64,000 nt of DNA from a virus (taxonomy: Duplodnaviria; Caudoviricetes), in the IMG/VR virus record IMGVR_UViG_3300013382_000004; one strand, written 5' to 3'. Shown one piece after another: positions 1-10,271 of the stretch; the stretch's first letter is position 1, and each line of letters opens with the position of its first letter. The position numbers and the translations under genes are program-made. Under the pieces are notes generated by a model. The model saw only the letters and a list, made by a program, of their open reading frames with translations. It was not told where the DNA came from and made no database searches.

Positions 1-115
1 AGAATTAAACGTGAAAAAGGTCTCACAATGGATTCTAAACTTGAGCTTAGTACTAAATATCTCAAGCAAATGTAAGTATCAACAACCAATTTGACAAAAG
101 AAAGGAAATAAAGTC

Positions 116-448
116 ATGTCCAAGAAGATGAAAAACACTGTTCGTTCTCTCACCAACAACCCCACCCATTTAGAAGCACCTTCGCTCAATAAAGCGCTTG
201 ATACCTACGGGAATCTGAACTGCCTGATTGATTCTGGCTTAAAGGAAGTCATTAGATGGTGCGCAAAAAGCACCAGAGATGACACGAAAGAAAGATATGT
301 GTTCTCTCTCAAGAATTTAGACTATGTGCTCGAACACATCAGCACTGAGGTTCTTGTAACCATTAAGGTTACTCCACTTGAAGATGAATTTGGACATCCT
401 TGGTGTTGGATGCTTACTAAAATCAGAAAGAAGCGTGTTTGCTTTTAA
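116..448 (+). CDS. hypothetical protein
   Basis: 110-aa ORF, SD AGAAAGGA upstream, TAA stop. Confidence 0.75.
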   Translation: MSKKMKNTVRSLTNNPTHLEAPSLNKALDTYGNLNCLIDSGLKEVIRWCAKSTRDDTKERYVFSLKNLDYVLEHISTEVLVTIKVTPLEDEFGHPWCWMLTKIRKKRVCF

Positions 449-512
449 CCAGATAGCTTAAAACCGAATCAAAATCAAATTTAATACAGACTTGAAAGGA
501 GTCAAAGTAAAA

Positions 513-827
513 ATGAAAAAGATTAGTGTTATGGGTCGTAACTATACTCTTGAGGACACTCTCAATGAGATGAATAGTTCTTGGGGCGTTAAACATCTCC
601 GCAAAGTCAAAAACAACTTCTGCCTTAACATCTGCAAAGGTAAAAGTTGCAAAGCCTGTGACAAATGTGAGATTGAACAATGTTACAATCTTTCACTCAA
701 AGAAATCAAAGAAGGAAAACGTAAGGAGTTAATTCCTTGCGCTGAGTACTTCAGTGATAGAACTAATTATGGTGCTCGTCGTTATTATAACGGCAAGGGT
801 GTCAAGACGGAGGTGTGGCATGTTTAA
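513..827 (+). CDS. hypothetical Cys-rich protein
   Basis: ATG at 513 after GAAAGGAG; CxxxC...CxxCxxC. Confidence 0.7.
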   Translation: MKKISVMGRNYTLEDTLNEMNSSWGVKHLRKVKNNFCLNICKGKSCKACDKCEIEQCYNLSLKEIKEGKRKELIPCAEYFSDRTNYGARRYYNGKGVKTEVWHV

Positions 828-1014
828 GATTACAAACAAATACGGAAAATCCGTAACAGTTATGTTAAAAATGGAAGAACAAACTTTATTTAAAGGTGAT
901 GTTCTCCCAAGTATTATTTGCTCCTTCCTTAACAAGAAGGAAATTAAACCTGATTGGTTTGTAAATTCATTTGACTTTAACCTTTGCAAGCCCTACAAAG
1001 TTGAACGTGTTTAA
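820..1014 (+). CDS. hypothetical protein
   Basis: ATG 820 after GGAGGT, overlaps previous stop. Confidence 0.65.
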   Translation: MFKITNKYGKSVTVMLKMEEQTLFKGDVLPSIICSFLNKKEIKPDWFVNSFDFNLCKPYKVERV

Positions 1015-1092
1015 ACATTGTTAGAGGGATGGAAAATAACTTCCATCCCTCAATAGAGTGTTTAAGCGCCACTTAATCACTCAACCATTTTA

Positions 1093-1301
1093 CATTAATT
1101 TAGCCTACAATGAATTAATGTCTTATTAAATTAGAAAGGAGACAATACTATGTAGAAAATTATTTCTGTTGACCTCATCAATTAGATAATTGCTATTCAT
1201 ATTATCTACAATCGTAATTAATTCATATTAATTGCGTCACAAGTAGAGAGTGTAGGCTTTCTACTTGTGTTCATCTTAGCACACTTGATGATATCTGTCA
1301 A
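1093..1301. other. kissing-hairpin / micro-ORF / antisense-promoter module 1
   Basis: Hairpin A 1093-1120 (loop contains cctaca), hairpin B 1238-1269 (loop tgtagg), minus-strand TTGACA(1301-1296)-17-TAAGAT(1278-1273). Confidence 0.75.
1150..1221 (+). CDS. TAG-dependent micro-peptide MQKIISVDLINQIIAIHIIYNRN (TAG=Q)
   Basis: SD AGAAAGGAG, ATG TAG start, 23 sense codons to TAA, paralogous to 2380 and 6419. Confidence 0.55.
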
Positions 1302-1346
1302 GTGGTAACTACAAACATTTTTGATTTATGAAAGGAATTTAGAATT

Positions 1347-2279
1347 ATGAAGAAGATTAATCTCACCAACGTCAAGAACGAAAAGTCTGTCAGCGAAGTC
1401 CTGTTCGATGCACTTAAGCCCAAAGCAATTACCAATGAACAGTCTAAAACCGTTTACGCTCTTAAACTCTCTGTCGAAAGAGAGATTGAAAAGAAAGAAG
1501 ATGGTCGTAATTGGGCTATTAGAGATATTCCTCTTTATCTCCCTGAAGTTGATTTACACTATCAGCGTGAGCCTAGGAACTTTGAAGTTGCAAAAATTAC
1601 CAATAATTTCAATATTAACAAAGTTGAAGTTAAAGCAGCTTCTATTCGTAAGGTTGGTAATACTTGGCATCTTTTTCTTATGGATGGTGCGCACACTTTA
1701 AGCGCTTTGCTTTATATGCAAAGTAAAGGTTTCCCCATTTATGCTATCACTTGCAAGGTCTTCATTAATCTCACTTTGGAAGAAGAAGCCGAATTATTTG
1801 CTACTCAGAATGAAGGTAAGACTAACCTTCGTGGATATGAAAAATATAAAGCAGAACTTTGTGCTAAAATGCCTACAGCAGTAATTATCAATCAGGTTAC
1901 AAAGGAATTTGGGCTTACTGTTAAGACCAATTATAACAGCACCGTTAATCGTTACAACAACATCAACGCAGTTGAAGAACTGTATCGTATTGTTAAGCGC
2001 GATGGTGAAAACGCTCTTCGTTTTGTATTTGCTGTTCTTCAAGGAACTGGTTGGAAAGATGATATGGTTTATACTCAGCGTATGTTGGCAGGAATCTCTG
2101 CTTGCTACAAGTACTGCGAAGATACCAAAGCATTCAACTATTTCCTTTTGAATCTTAAGCAGTATAAGAGTTGTGACGAGTTTGTTCGCGTTGCTCAGGA
2201 TAAGATTGAAGAACACGAGGGTCATCCTGCTGAGAAGATTCGTGATTATCTTCTTACTTACATGATTTACAAGAAGTAA
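1347..2279 (+). CDS. ParB/Srx-like N-terminal domain protein (DUF6551-like)
   Basis: VDLHYQR and LMDGAHT (DGQHR-like) motifs, then EEEAELFATQN. Confidence 0.6.
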   Translation: MKKINLTNVKNEKSVSEVLFDALKPKAITNEQSKTVYALKLSVEREIEKKEDGRNWAIRDIPLYLPEVDLHYQREPRNFEVAKITNNFNINKVEVKAASIRKVGNTWHLFLMDGAHTLSALLYMQSKGFPIYAITCKVFINLTLEEEAELFATQNEGKTNLRGYEKYKAELCAKMPTAVIINQVTKEFGLTVKTNYNSTVNRYNNINAVEELYRIVKRDGENALRFVFAVLQGTGWKDDMVYTQRMLAGISACYKYCEDTKAFNYFLLNLKQYKSCDEFVRVAQDKIEEHEGHPAEKIRDYLLTYMIYKK

Positions 2280-2327
2280 AAGAAAGAGACTGATAGCTGT
2301 CCAAACTATCAGTCTCACTTAAGACTC

Positions 2328-2557
2328 CAGACTCCTGTAAAGTCTGTTTACATAATTACTCACGAAAGGAGAAATTAATATGTAGAAAATTTTACATGTT
2401 GATATGGATAGATAGATTTCTGTCATCCGTATCGTTTATCACCGTAATTAACCCATCCAATTATGTATGATTAAACACTAACAACACTCATCAAGTAGAA
2501 GTTACAGGCTACTTTGCTTGATGAGTGTAATATAACATAAACAACAACACTTGTCAA
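2328..2557. other. kissing-hairpin / micro-ORF / antisense-promoter module 2
   Basis: Hairpin A cagact-CCTGTAA-agtctg 2328-2346; hairpin B 2484-2528 loop TTACAGG; minus-strand TTGACA(2557-2552)-17-TATATT. Confidence 0.8.
2380..2451 (+). CDS. TAG-dependent micro-peptide MQKILHVDMDRQISVIRIVYHRN (TAG=Q)
   Basis: SD GAAAGGAG, ATG TAG, 23 sense codons to TAA. Confidence 0.55.
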
Positions 2558-2613
2558 GTAGTTTATGAAATTTCTTTTAAATACTTGACACAATTAAGAA
2601 AGGAAAGTATAAT

Positions 2614-2943
2614 ATGAATAACAGAGATTACAATTACGTTCTCGTTGCACATGATGGAGATTCTTTTTATCCCGTCTATTCTTCCAACCACAAAACAGTT
2701 GTGGAAAATGTTATGTGGGCTGTTTGTATTCAAGAAGAGGGATTCAATCGAATCGACAGTAAGAAGTTGATTGATTTCCTCACTTTTAATCGTATCAAAC
2801 CTGTTGACCAGTTGGATAATGAGGATATCCCCGAGTCTCCTGACTGGAGAATTAATCCTTCTCATCTCTTAAAAAAGCTTGAAAACCAGAATTGGGATGG
2901 CTGGAATATGTTTCTATTGACTGTCCCAGCTTTAAACTTTTAA
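2614..2943 (+). CDS. hypothetical protein
   Basis: 109-aa ORF with SD. Confidence 0.75.
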   Translation: MNNRDYNYVLVAHDGDSFYPVYSSNHKTVVENVMWAVCIQEEGFNRIDSKKLIDFLTFNRIKPVDQLDNEDIPESPDWRINPSHLLKKLENQNWDGWNMFLLTVPALNF

Positions 2944-3053
2944 AGGTTGATAGAGTGCAGGATTGAAATATACCCTGCACTTCAATGAGCCTTTAAGCTC
3001 AAATTAATTTTGTCAAGGAATAAGACAGTAAAACCCACGAGAGAAAGGCTATT

Positions 3054-3572
3054 ATGGCTAACATCAACATCAACACCAAGAAGTCCCTCAATCGCGTTCA
3101 GCTTATGAAGGAAAACAATACCAATCTTGAGTACCTTTACATCGACGGAATCAAATACGGCTGCATGGGTTCTGTCAATGACCGCGACCGTGAAGCTGGC
3201 CTTGCTGTTATTCAGCGTATTGTCGATAACAGTGATAAGACTGGTATGGCTCTCGTTATGGAAGTTATGGCTCAGGTTAATTTCGAAGCTTCCATGAACG
3301 AGAAGGAAATCAATCCTGATGAAGTCCTTGAAGTCAAGGTTGATGGTATCACCTATCCCTGTGTTCTCAATTATGAGAAGAAGGCTTTGTACGATGAAGC
3401 TGGTGAGGAAATCTGTAATACCCGTGACATCGACTGTGAGCTTGATGAACGGGCTTTGAAAGCTCTTCTTGAAGCTCGTGCAGTTAATGCTATTCGTGAG
3501 GACAATGAGAGCAAGTACAATGATTATGAAGATGAAGATGAGGATGATGATTGTGAGAAAGATTGGGAGTAA
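3054..3572 (+). CDS. hypothetical protein with acidic C-terminal tail
   Basis: 172-aa ORF, SD GAAAGG, tail DYEDEDEDDD. Confidence 0.8.
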   Translation: MANININTKKSLNRVQLMKENNTNLEYLYIDGIKYGCMGSVNDRDREAGLAVIQRIVDNSDKTGMALVMEVMAQVNFEASMNEKEINPDEVLEVKVDGITYPCVLNYEKKALYDEAGEEICNTRDIDCELDERALKALLEARAVNAIREDNESKYNDYEDEDEDDDCEKDWE

Positions 3573-3672
3573 TCTTTAATTAACTATCTATAAATCATCA
3601 TCAAATCAACAACAAATAGGAGAGGGTTGAAATATACCCTCTCCACTTTAAAATGAAAGGAAATAAAGTAAA

Positions 3673-6027
3673 ATGAAAACCACTTACATCGACACCATCC
3701 CCAGTGAAATCATTGAAAAGAATAAAGCAACTGTTAAAAAGTTCTTATCTACTAATGAAGCGGCCAGTCCCAATCCAGATAGCTGTCCTGATATCACTGT
3801 CTATTGGCAGCAGAAAGCGAACGGTAAGGCTTTTCATCTGTTGGAAGGTGAATATGAAATCGTTTCTTTTAAAGCTGTTGGGGGTCTTCAAACAGTTAGT
3901 GAATATCGCAAAGAGAGAACTGGTTTCTATAATGTAAGCAATATTAAAACCAATTGTATTGTTGTATGTTCTGGTAAAGATGCAAAGGTTGCTTATGCAA
4001 AATATTACCCTGAATTGGAAATGTTGACATTTGGTGTCATGACTATCAATATTAGAAAGATTCCTGAAGAGAAAAGAAGATATTATTTTGTTGAGCGTTA
4101 TTTCCTCTTTAAGAATTGTCCTGCGCCTTTTGATACTAAGGGCAACATTGCATTTGAATCTAAAGGAGGTAAATTCTATAGCTTAGGTTTAGTAGATTAT
4201 CTTTGTCATGATTTGAACAAAGCAATTGTCCATTCCTATTTCTCTGACGCAGTTGAGGAGTTTACAAAACGAGAATGTTCTCCAAAAATAAGATGGACCA
4301 AATGGACTCCTTATACATTCTCAGACTATTACAAAACAATGTATCCTCGTACCATTTCCAAAACATCAACAGATATTTCTAAACTTGTTAATGATTTACC
4401 CGTTATTAACCTTGAGGAACTTCGCAAAGAATTTCCTAAAAAAGCCGTTGATGTTAAAAACAGTTGGAATGACGAACACCACACTGAATATAAAGACACA
4501 ATTTGGGTATTCAATATCTTAAGTGATAATTATTGTGTCATTCGTCAGTTTGGCGGTTATTTTGAGTTTACAGAACAATCTCGCATCCTTATTGATAACA
4601 AAGGGAAAGTAACAATCTTTGAGCCAGCTCCTCTACTTGATGGAGATACAATATTTAGAGTCTCAAGCTCTGCAAAAGCTGGCATCCCAATTGATAGAGT
4701 TTGTTATTTCAAAGGTTTTGAGGATATGTTCAAATTTAAAAGATTGTTTTACATCTCTTCCATTATCAATGATAATGATGTGATGACCAAAGCAAAGTCA
4801 GCAATCTCTAAAATTATTTACACTCTCAGATATCCTTTTATTGAGCAGTTCTATAAAGCTGGATATAAATACATTGCTAACTATCTTATGAGTGCCACTG
4901 CAAAATCTGATTTAAAAGCTCTTTTTGATGGTAGAAAATATTCCGAGTCTGCAAACATCTACGAGCTTAGTGGAATGAATAAGCATCAGCTCAAGTTAGT
5001 TGATGATATGTTCAATAAGAGACAAAATCCTGAGCGTGTAACTAGTTTGTTTTACGGCTCAAGCGCTACTCCTTGGCAAGTAATTGACACCGCACACTTT
5101 GTTTCTGGGGTTGAGAACTTATCTTCTATTACTGATAAGGATTCTGATTTCTATTTCAATATGGCAAAAAGAATTAATCTCGTCCATTCTGATTATCATG
5201 ATTTTCTGTATTTTATTGGTGCAGACAATAGCGTATATACCTATTATAAAGATAGAAGTAGAATAAACAAAAACAATTGGTGCTACATGAATAAAAACAA
5301 AAATATCATTTCAACAACTTCTGAGCAAACCGAAAGGGATAGAAAGAATCTTCTCAAACTTATGCGTCTTCAGGAAAGAACTGATAAAAAGGGCGCAAGT
5401 GAAGATGTGTTTAAAATCTTTTCTGACGCTTTTAATCTGTTTAAACAAATTTCTAACACCAATCGTCCTGATATTGACTTGTATGCTTGTAAGGACGTGA
5501 ATGAGCTTCACCGTTATCATAATATGTTGATTGAAATCAACATCACAGACAAAGAAGTCAGAAATAAAGAAGAACAGGAGCGTCTGAACAAGTTAGCTGC
5601 TAAACTTTATGACCAGCGCAAAGAAAAGTTTGAGTACGCCGATGACAATTTTTCTATTATTATCCCTGAAGAAATGAACAAAATTACAAAAGAAGGTGTA
5701 TATCTTCATCACTGTGTTGGAGGTTATGTCAACCGTGTGGCTGAAGGTCATACTAATATTCTTTTCTTAAGGAAGAATAGTGACATTGAAATTCCTTTCT
5801 ACACGATTGAAGTAAGTAATGGAAACGAAATCATTCAGATTCACGGCTTGTATAATCGTTGGTTAGGCAATGACCCTGATGCGGTTAAATTTATAATTAA
5901 TTGGATTCATGAAAAGGGTATCAAATGTCCAGTTAATATTGTACTCAATAAAGGTCAAGGTTACAGTTCCAGCACTATCAAGCTCAGTGAAAAAGAATAT
6001 GGTTTGGAGGGTAAAAAATATGTCTAA
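3673..6027 (+). CDS. PcfJ-like domain protein
   Basis: C-terminal EGVYLHHCVGGY...ILFLRK...PFYTIEV...IIQIHGLYN pattern. Confidence 0.75.
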   Translation: MKTTYIDTIPSEIIEKNKATVKKFLSTNEAASPNPDSCPDITVYWQQKANGKAFHLLEGEYEIVSFKAVGGLQTVSEYRKERTGFYNVSNIKTNCIVVCSGKDAKVAYAKYYPELEMLTFGVMTINIRKIPEEKRRYYFVERYFLFKNCPAPFDTKGNIAFESKGGKFYSLGLVDYLCHDLNKAIVHSYFSDAVEEFTKRECSPKIRWTKWTPYTFSDYYKTMYPRTISKTSTDISKLVNDLPVINLEELRKEFPKKAVDVKNSWNDEHHTEYKDTIWVFNILSDNYCVIRQFGGYFEFTEQSRILIDNKGKVTIFEPAPLLDGDTIFRVSSSAKAGIPIDRVCYFKGFEDMFKFKRLFYISSIINDNDVMTKAKSAISKIIYTLRYPFIEQFYKAGYKYIANYLMSATAKSDLKALFDGRKYSESANIYELSGMNKHQLKLVDDMFNKRQNPERVTSLFYGSSATPWQVIDTAHFVSGVENLSSITDKDSDFYFNMAKRINLVHSDYHDFLYFIGADNSVYTYYKDRSRINKNNWCYMNKNKNIISTTSEQTERDRKNLLKLMRLQERTDKKGASEDVFKIFSDAFNLFKQISNTNRPDIDLYACKDVNELHRYHNMLIEINITDKEVRNKEEQERLNKLAAKLYDQRKEKFEYADDNFSIIIPEEMNKITKEGVYLHHCVGGYVNRVAEGHTNILFLRKNSDIEIPFYTIEVSNGNEIIQIHGLYNRWLGNDPDAVKFIINWIHEKGIKCPVNIVLNKGQGYSSSTIKLSEKEYGLEGKKYV

Positions 6028-6199
6028 ACGTACACCTAATAATACTATCACCGAATATCCTCAGTATGATGGTATGTACTATGACCGCTGTGAAGGAATC
6101 CAGCGTAAAACTCATGGTAATTATCGGTACAAGATTAACAAACAGTACAAAGAAAAGCGGAAACAGTATTTATACACAATAGAAAAAGAGCAGGAGTAA
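6020..6199 (+). CDS. hypothetical basic protein
   Basis: ATG 6020 after GGAGG, overlaps upstream stop; followed by terminator hairpin 6187-6214. Confidence 0.55.
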   Translation: MSKRTPNNTITEYPQYDGMYYDRCEGIQRKTHGNYRYKINKQYKEKRKQYLYTIEKEQE

Positions 6200-6224
6200 A
6201 ATCCTGCTCTCTTTTGATATATTC

Positions 6225-6346
6225 AGTTCCTATAAACTATTAGTTTAATGTTTATTATTGTTCTATCATTCTTGGCCGTATGTACGAGCTTTAATAACAA
6301 CTTAAACTAATTTATATAAGAGAGCTGTATAGGCAACTCTCTTATA
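6225..6346. ncRNA. ORF-less kissing-hairpin unit (module 3b)
   Basis: agtt-CCTATA-aact 6225-6238, long central stem attagtttaa/ttaaactaat, hairpin 6315-6346 with loop TATAGG. Confidence 0.55.
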
Positions 6347-6356
6347 CGATTATAAC

Positions 6357-6591
6357 CAGTTCCTATAAACTGTTTATATAATTTACCCCTTGTCTAAGGA
6401 GGAAAGGAGTTGAAAGCTATGTAGAGAATCTTCTACGTTGATTATTTCTACAATCTTATGTAGATAATGATTATCTATAACCGTAATTAATCCCACATAT
6501 TGATTACGAAGATGTATAGATGGTAAGTAAGAAGTATAGGATTCTTCTTATCATCTGTACATATATTAACACATAACATCAATCTTGTCAA
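6357..6591. other. kissing-hairpin / micro-ORF / antisense-promoter module 3
   Basis: Hairpin A cagtt-CCTATA-aactg 6357-6372; hairpin B 6512-6562 loop TATAGG; minus-strand TTGACA(6591-6586)-17-TAATAT. Confidence 0.75.
6419..6490 (+). CDS. TAG-dependent micro-peptide MQRIFYVDYFYNLMQIMIIYNRN (TAG=Q)
   Basis: SD GAAAGGAG, ATG TAG, 23 sense codons to TAA. Confidence 0.55.
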
Positions 6592-6619
6592 GTACTTTTT
6601 AGTACAGAAAGGAAAGAAA

Positions 6620-6784
6620 ATGAAAATTAAAACTACTGTTGAAACCGACCTTAGCTATCTCGACCTTCTTACCCAGTTAAAGGAAGATATTAATTCTGAC
6701 ACCTGTATGCCTGTTACAGACCGCAAAAAAGCTGAAAAACTCACTCAAGAACTCTTTGACTTACTTTGGAAGTATTCTTACTAA
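6620..6784 (+). CDS. small hypothetical protein (54 aa)
   Basis: SD AGAAAGGA, ATG 6620, TAA 6784; below ORF-track cutoff. Confidence 0.6.
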   Translation: MKIKTTVETDLSYLDLLTQLKEDINSDTCMPVTDRKKAEKLTQELFDLLWKYSY

Positions 6785-6811
6785 ATAATTTACTTTATTT
6801 AGTTTAAATAC

Positions 6812-6840
6812 TTGACATTTACGGATTAATAAGTTATAAT
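6812..6840 (+). promoter_or_regulatory. sigmaA-type promoter
   Basis: Perfect TTGACA-17bp-TATAAT upstream of the DUF932-like gene. Confidence 0.8.
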
Positions 6841-6889
6841 TATTTCAACAAAATAAAGCTGACGAGCTTAAACGTAGAAAGGAATTATT

Positions 6890-7894
6890 ATGGGTATTCT
6901 TCAGTTTAATAGCGAGAAAGTTGCTCCTATTGCTTCTCGTTTTGAGGGCATTCAGCGCACTGTTTTTACCGATGGTGTTGGTAAAGATATCACTTCAGCC
7001 GGAAATCTTGAGCAAGCTCTTAAATTATCTGGTCTTGATTATAAGGTTGAAAAACGACCTTTACAGTTTCTTCAGCCTGTAGCACAAAAAGTTGGGGACA
7101 AAGAAATCATTGTACAGACTCCTTATCAAATCGCAGATAAAGTTGCTACTGTTCGCACCGATACAATGCAGTCTCTTGGTATCGTTTCTCCCAACTATGA
7201 AATTTTAAATAATGAAGATGCATTTGACTTCCTTGATTCTCTTGTAGAAGAGGGCGCTCATTTTGAAACGGCTGGCAGTTATGGAGCCAATGGTGCTAAA
7301 AACATTATTACTATGAGCACAGAAGGTATGAAAATTTTAGGAGATGATTATAAGCCTTATCTTCTTTTACAAAATTCTCATGATGGTAGCAAAGCGATTT
7401 CTATCTCGTATGTAAGTCTTCGCATCTTTTGTTCTAATTGTTTAGCCAGAGCCAAAAAGGGAATAGTAAATGAAATTAGTATTCGCCACAGCTCTTCTAT
7501 GAATTACAAACTTGAAGCTGCCCGACTCACTTTAAAAGGGCAGAAAGAATATCTGACTGAATTTAAAAAAGAAGCTGAAAAATATGCAACTATCAATTTC
7601 AGTGAAAATCAATTTTTTGAAATGGTTAAACAATTATTCCCTGTAAAAACAGAAGATAGAGACATTATTCAAATTCGCAATTTATGCCAAATTGAATATC
7701 TTATGCGTTGTTACAAAGCAAATGATGTCAACAATTTTAAAGATAAGGGATTTGCTGGACTTCTTGCAGTATCCGATTTTGAAAGTCATCCTGTTGCTTT
7801 AAGAAAAGCAAAAACTCCTATGGGATTTACTAATGTAATGGTAGGGATGCCATTGCTTAATAAAGTTTACAGTATTATTGGAGAAGCCGCATAA
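6890..7894 (+). CDS. DUF932 family phage/plasmid protein
   Basis: LKLSGLDYKVEK, ATVRTDT..LGIVS.NY.ILNN.DAF, ETAG, YLLLQNSHDGS, RIFCSN, SIRHS motifs. Confidence 0.8.
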   Translation: MGILQFNSEKVAPIASRFEGIQRTVFTDGVGKDITSAGNLEQALKLSGLDYKVEKRPLQFLQPVAQKVGDKEIIVQTPYQIADKVATVRTDTMQSLGIVSPNYEILNNEDAFDFLDSLVEEGAHFETAGSYGANGAKNIITMSTEGMKILGDDYKPYLLLQNSHDGSKAISISYVSLRIFCSNCLARAKKGIVNEISIRHSSSMNYKLEAARLTLKGQKEYLTEFKKEAEKYATINFSENQFFEMVKQLFPVKTEDRDIIQIRNLCQIEYLMRCYKANDVNNFKDKGFAGLLAVSDFESHPVALRKAKTPMGFTNVMVGMPLLNKVYSIIGEAA

Positions 7895-7927
7895 GCGGCT
7901 CTCCTTTATACTGAGAAAGAAGGATTT

Positions 7928-8218
7928 ATGAAAAAAATAGATTTAACAGGACAAACATTTGGTGAGCTTAAAGTTATAGAATTTTTTAATCCAAAAGGAA
8001 AAGATGTAGTAGGAGTAAAAGAAATTAACAATTATTTCTTAGGCTTTATTACTTATAAGCATCATTTCCAAAGCAAATCTTTTCATCAAAAAGAAAATGC
8101 TATAAAATGGAGACTCCAAAAAGAATTAGAACTTTTTGGGCCTGAAAAAGCACCTCAACGTCATTTGTTTGAAAAATATCAAATAAAAAAGGAGAATAAA
8201 GAAAATGAAAAAGCTTAA
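7928..8218 (+). pseudogene. internally deleted HNH/AP2 homing endonuclease remnant
   Basis: N-term KIDLTGQTFGELKVIE and C-term ELELFGPEKAPQRHLFEKY resemble the ends of 17608-18357; no HNH core. Confidence 0.5.
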
Positions 8219-8648
8219 TCTGTTTATCCTCGTCATCGCTTTGATTATGTGCTTCCTGTATATGGGAAGAAGTGAACAAGTAATTGCTCTTGGTGATTCT
8301 ATTAAGGATTATCAAGCTCAAATTGATAAGCTCCACTCTCAACTTTGGGAGATTGAAAATAACAAATCTCTTGTGCTTACACAACCTGATACAAATCTTC
8401 CTGATGTAGCTTTTGAAGCAAACACTTATCCTGTGTATGCAGAGTTGGTTGAATCTGACCCTGATAACAACACATATAAATTCAGAGTGCTCAATGCTAC
8501 ACAGGATGATGGCTTCGATGGGATTTATACTCTTGAAACTGATATGGCTGTGTATGAAGATGCTCCTTATATCCTTACAATGGACACCAACGGAACTAAA
8601 GAAACTTCTGATGACTATATTGCTGTTGTGTGGATTGCAACTCCGTAA
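8205..8648 (+). CDS. membrane-anchored or secreted hypothetical protein
   Basis: Hydrophobic N-terminal segment, short coiled coil. Confidence 0.7.
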   Translation: MKKLNLFILVIALIMCFLYMGRSEQVIALGDSIKDYQAQIDKLHSQLWEIENNKSLVLTQPDTNLPDVAFEANTYPVYAELVESDPDNNTYKFRVLNATQDDGFDGIYTLETDMAVYEDAPYILTMDTNGTKETSDDYIAVVWIATP

Positions 8649-8704
8649 TCCACCTTCACATAACACCTATAAACAACACATTTAATTAAGAAAGGAATTT
8701 AACT

Positions 8705-9040
8705 ATGAACACTATCGCTTACAAACCTTTTATTAACAGTAACAAAGAAATGATGGAGAAGGTTAACCCTGATAGCTGGAAAGCTATCATTGAGTTTGAT
8801 TCTCTTGATGAAGTCCTTTGCCTTTATCATGCTCTTGATAATGCAATCGACAATCATTTTGCGGATGCTCGTAACAAACATGTTTGGGCACTTGGGTCTA
8901 AAACTCAAGAAGAATCCCTGTATTATGAAGACCTCGCTGACCAGCAGAGAAGATATGGTTACAAACTCATGAAAATTAAGAACAGTCTTGAAGAAACTTT
9001 TCATTGTTCTGTATATTACTTTGAAGGAGATGCAAAATAA
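8705..9040 (+). CDS. hypothetical protein
   Basis: ORF with SD. Confidence 0.75.
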   Translation: MNTIAYKPFINSNKEMMEKVNPDSWKAIIEFDSLDEVLCLYHALDNAIDNHFADARNKHVWALGSKTQEESLYYEDLADQQRRYGYKLMKIKNSLEETFHCSVYYFEGDAK

Positions 9041-9392
9041 TGATTACAATCGTTCAATGCAAGGATAAGGCAACATTCAAGGTAACTAATGATGTTACTT
9101 TTGATGATGTCACTGTTATGATGCAAGACAAAGAAGATGCGGATGAAATGATTTATCATCTACTTGTGAACGTGATTAAAGGAGAATAAAACATGAAAAA
9201 CAAAATCTTATCTTTCTGTCTCGGTGAAGAAGATGGTACGGCTATCTTCTGTGAAACTCGTGAAGAATTCCTCCAGTACATCAATGAAAAAATTGATGAA
9301 GCTGAAGAACGTGGTCAGGAACATTTCGATTTGACCATTGAGCAGACTGAGTGCTAACAACATTTGTGAATTAAGAAAGGAAGTAAAACATT

Positions 9393-9698
9393 ATGAAGAA
9401 ATACATGGTTATTGATTGCTATGAGCGTGAGATTGGTGAGCCTGAGTTCTTTGATACTATGCTTAAGGCACAAATCTGTATGATTGAAAAGTTTTTTGAG
9501 GCGTGTAGACATATTGATGAAAACAGTTACGATTACGAATTTGAAATCAATTCTATGGAAGATTTGGATAAAGTTATAGATGCGCTTACTAAAGAAGACC
9601 TCTTAGATGATGAAAACAATTTCTCTGAGAATTGTGCTTGGGCTGAAACTTACAATCATGATAACTGGGACTGTAAGATTATCGAAGTTGAAATCTGA
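9393..9698 (+). CDS. hypothetical acidic protein
   Basis: ORF with SD. Confidence 0.75.
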   Translation: MKKYMVIDCYEREIGEPEFFDTMLKAQICMIEKFFEACRHIDENSYDYEFEINSMEDLDKVIDALTKEDLLDDENNFSENCAWAETYNHDNWDCKIIEVEI

Positions 9699-9779
9699 TT
9701 TCAAAACAGTATAATTCAATTTATTATAACTCAATTTATTATCCTGTGCTATCGGGTTTACGGGCAGAAAGGAAATATC

Positions 9780-10271
9780 ATGAATAATACTTATTTCAAC
9801 CTCAAGGTCAATTCCATCCCCGCTGGTCGTTTCGTTAAGATGGCTTATGTTTCTGATATCACTCTTACAGCTCTTGGTCGTAAAGCTGGTGTCTCTGTCC
9901 TTAAGCGTGTGATTGGTACTTATCGTATTGGTATCAATTATAAAAATACCAAGAAAGCAAAGGAAAAGGCCATCACCCAGAACAAGCCTATGGATGCTGT
10001 TGCTAAACTTCCTTGGGGTCAGTGGAAGGATGGCAGCAATCGTATTATCTGTCATGTGAATAAGAAAGGTGAATATAATGAGTATCTCCGTGTGTACGAT
10101 ACTCCCAATAAGCCTCGTGTCGCTTATTACCTTAATGGTAAACCTATTTCCAAAGAAGACCTCCGTAAGACTGGCTTTGTCCCTGACAGTTATTTCACTT
10201 CCAAGAACGATTCTGGTTGTATGACTATCTCAGCAAATAATATCGAATGGATTGGTCAGCCCTCCATCTAA
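9780..10271 (+). CDS. hypothetical basic protein
   Basis: ORF with SD. Confidence 0.8.
   Translation: MNNTYFNLKVNSIPAGRFVKMAYVSDITLTALGRKAGVSVLKRVIGTYRIGINYKNTKKAKEKAITQNKPMDAVAKLPWGQWKDGSNRIICHVNKKGEYNEYLRVYDTPNKPRVAYYLNGKPISKEDLRKTGFVPDSYFTSKNDSGCMTISANNIEWIGQPSI

Noticed and set aside
2380-2412. Micro-peptide MQKILHVDMD resembles the DinB N-terminus (RKIIHVDMD)
   Set aside because: Only 10 residues, not shared by the paralogues, and no downstream polymerase sequence; probably coincidence
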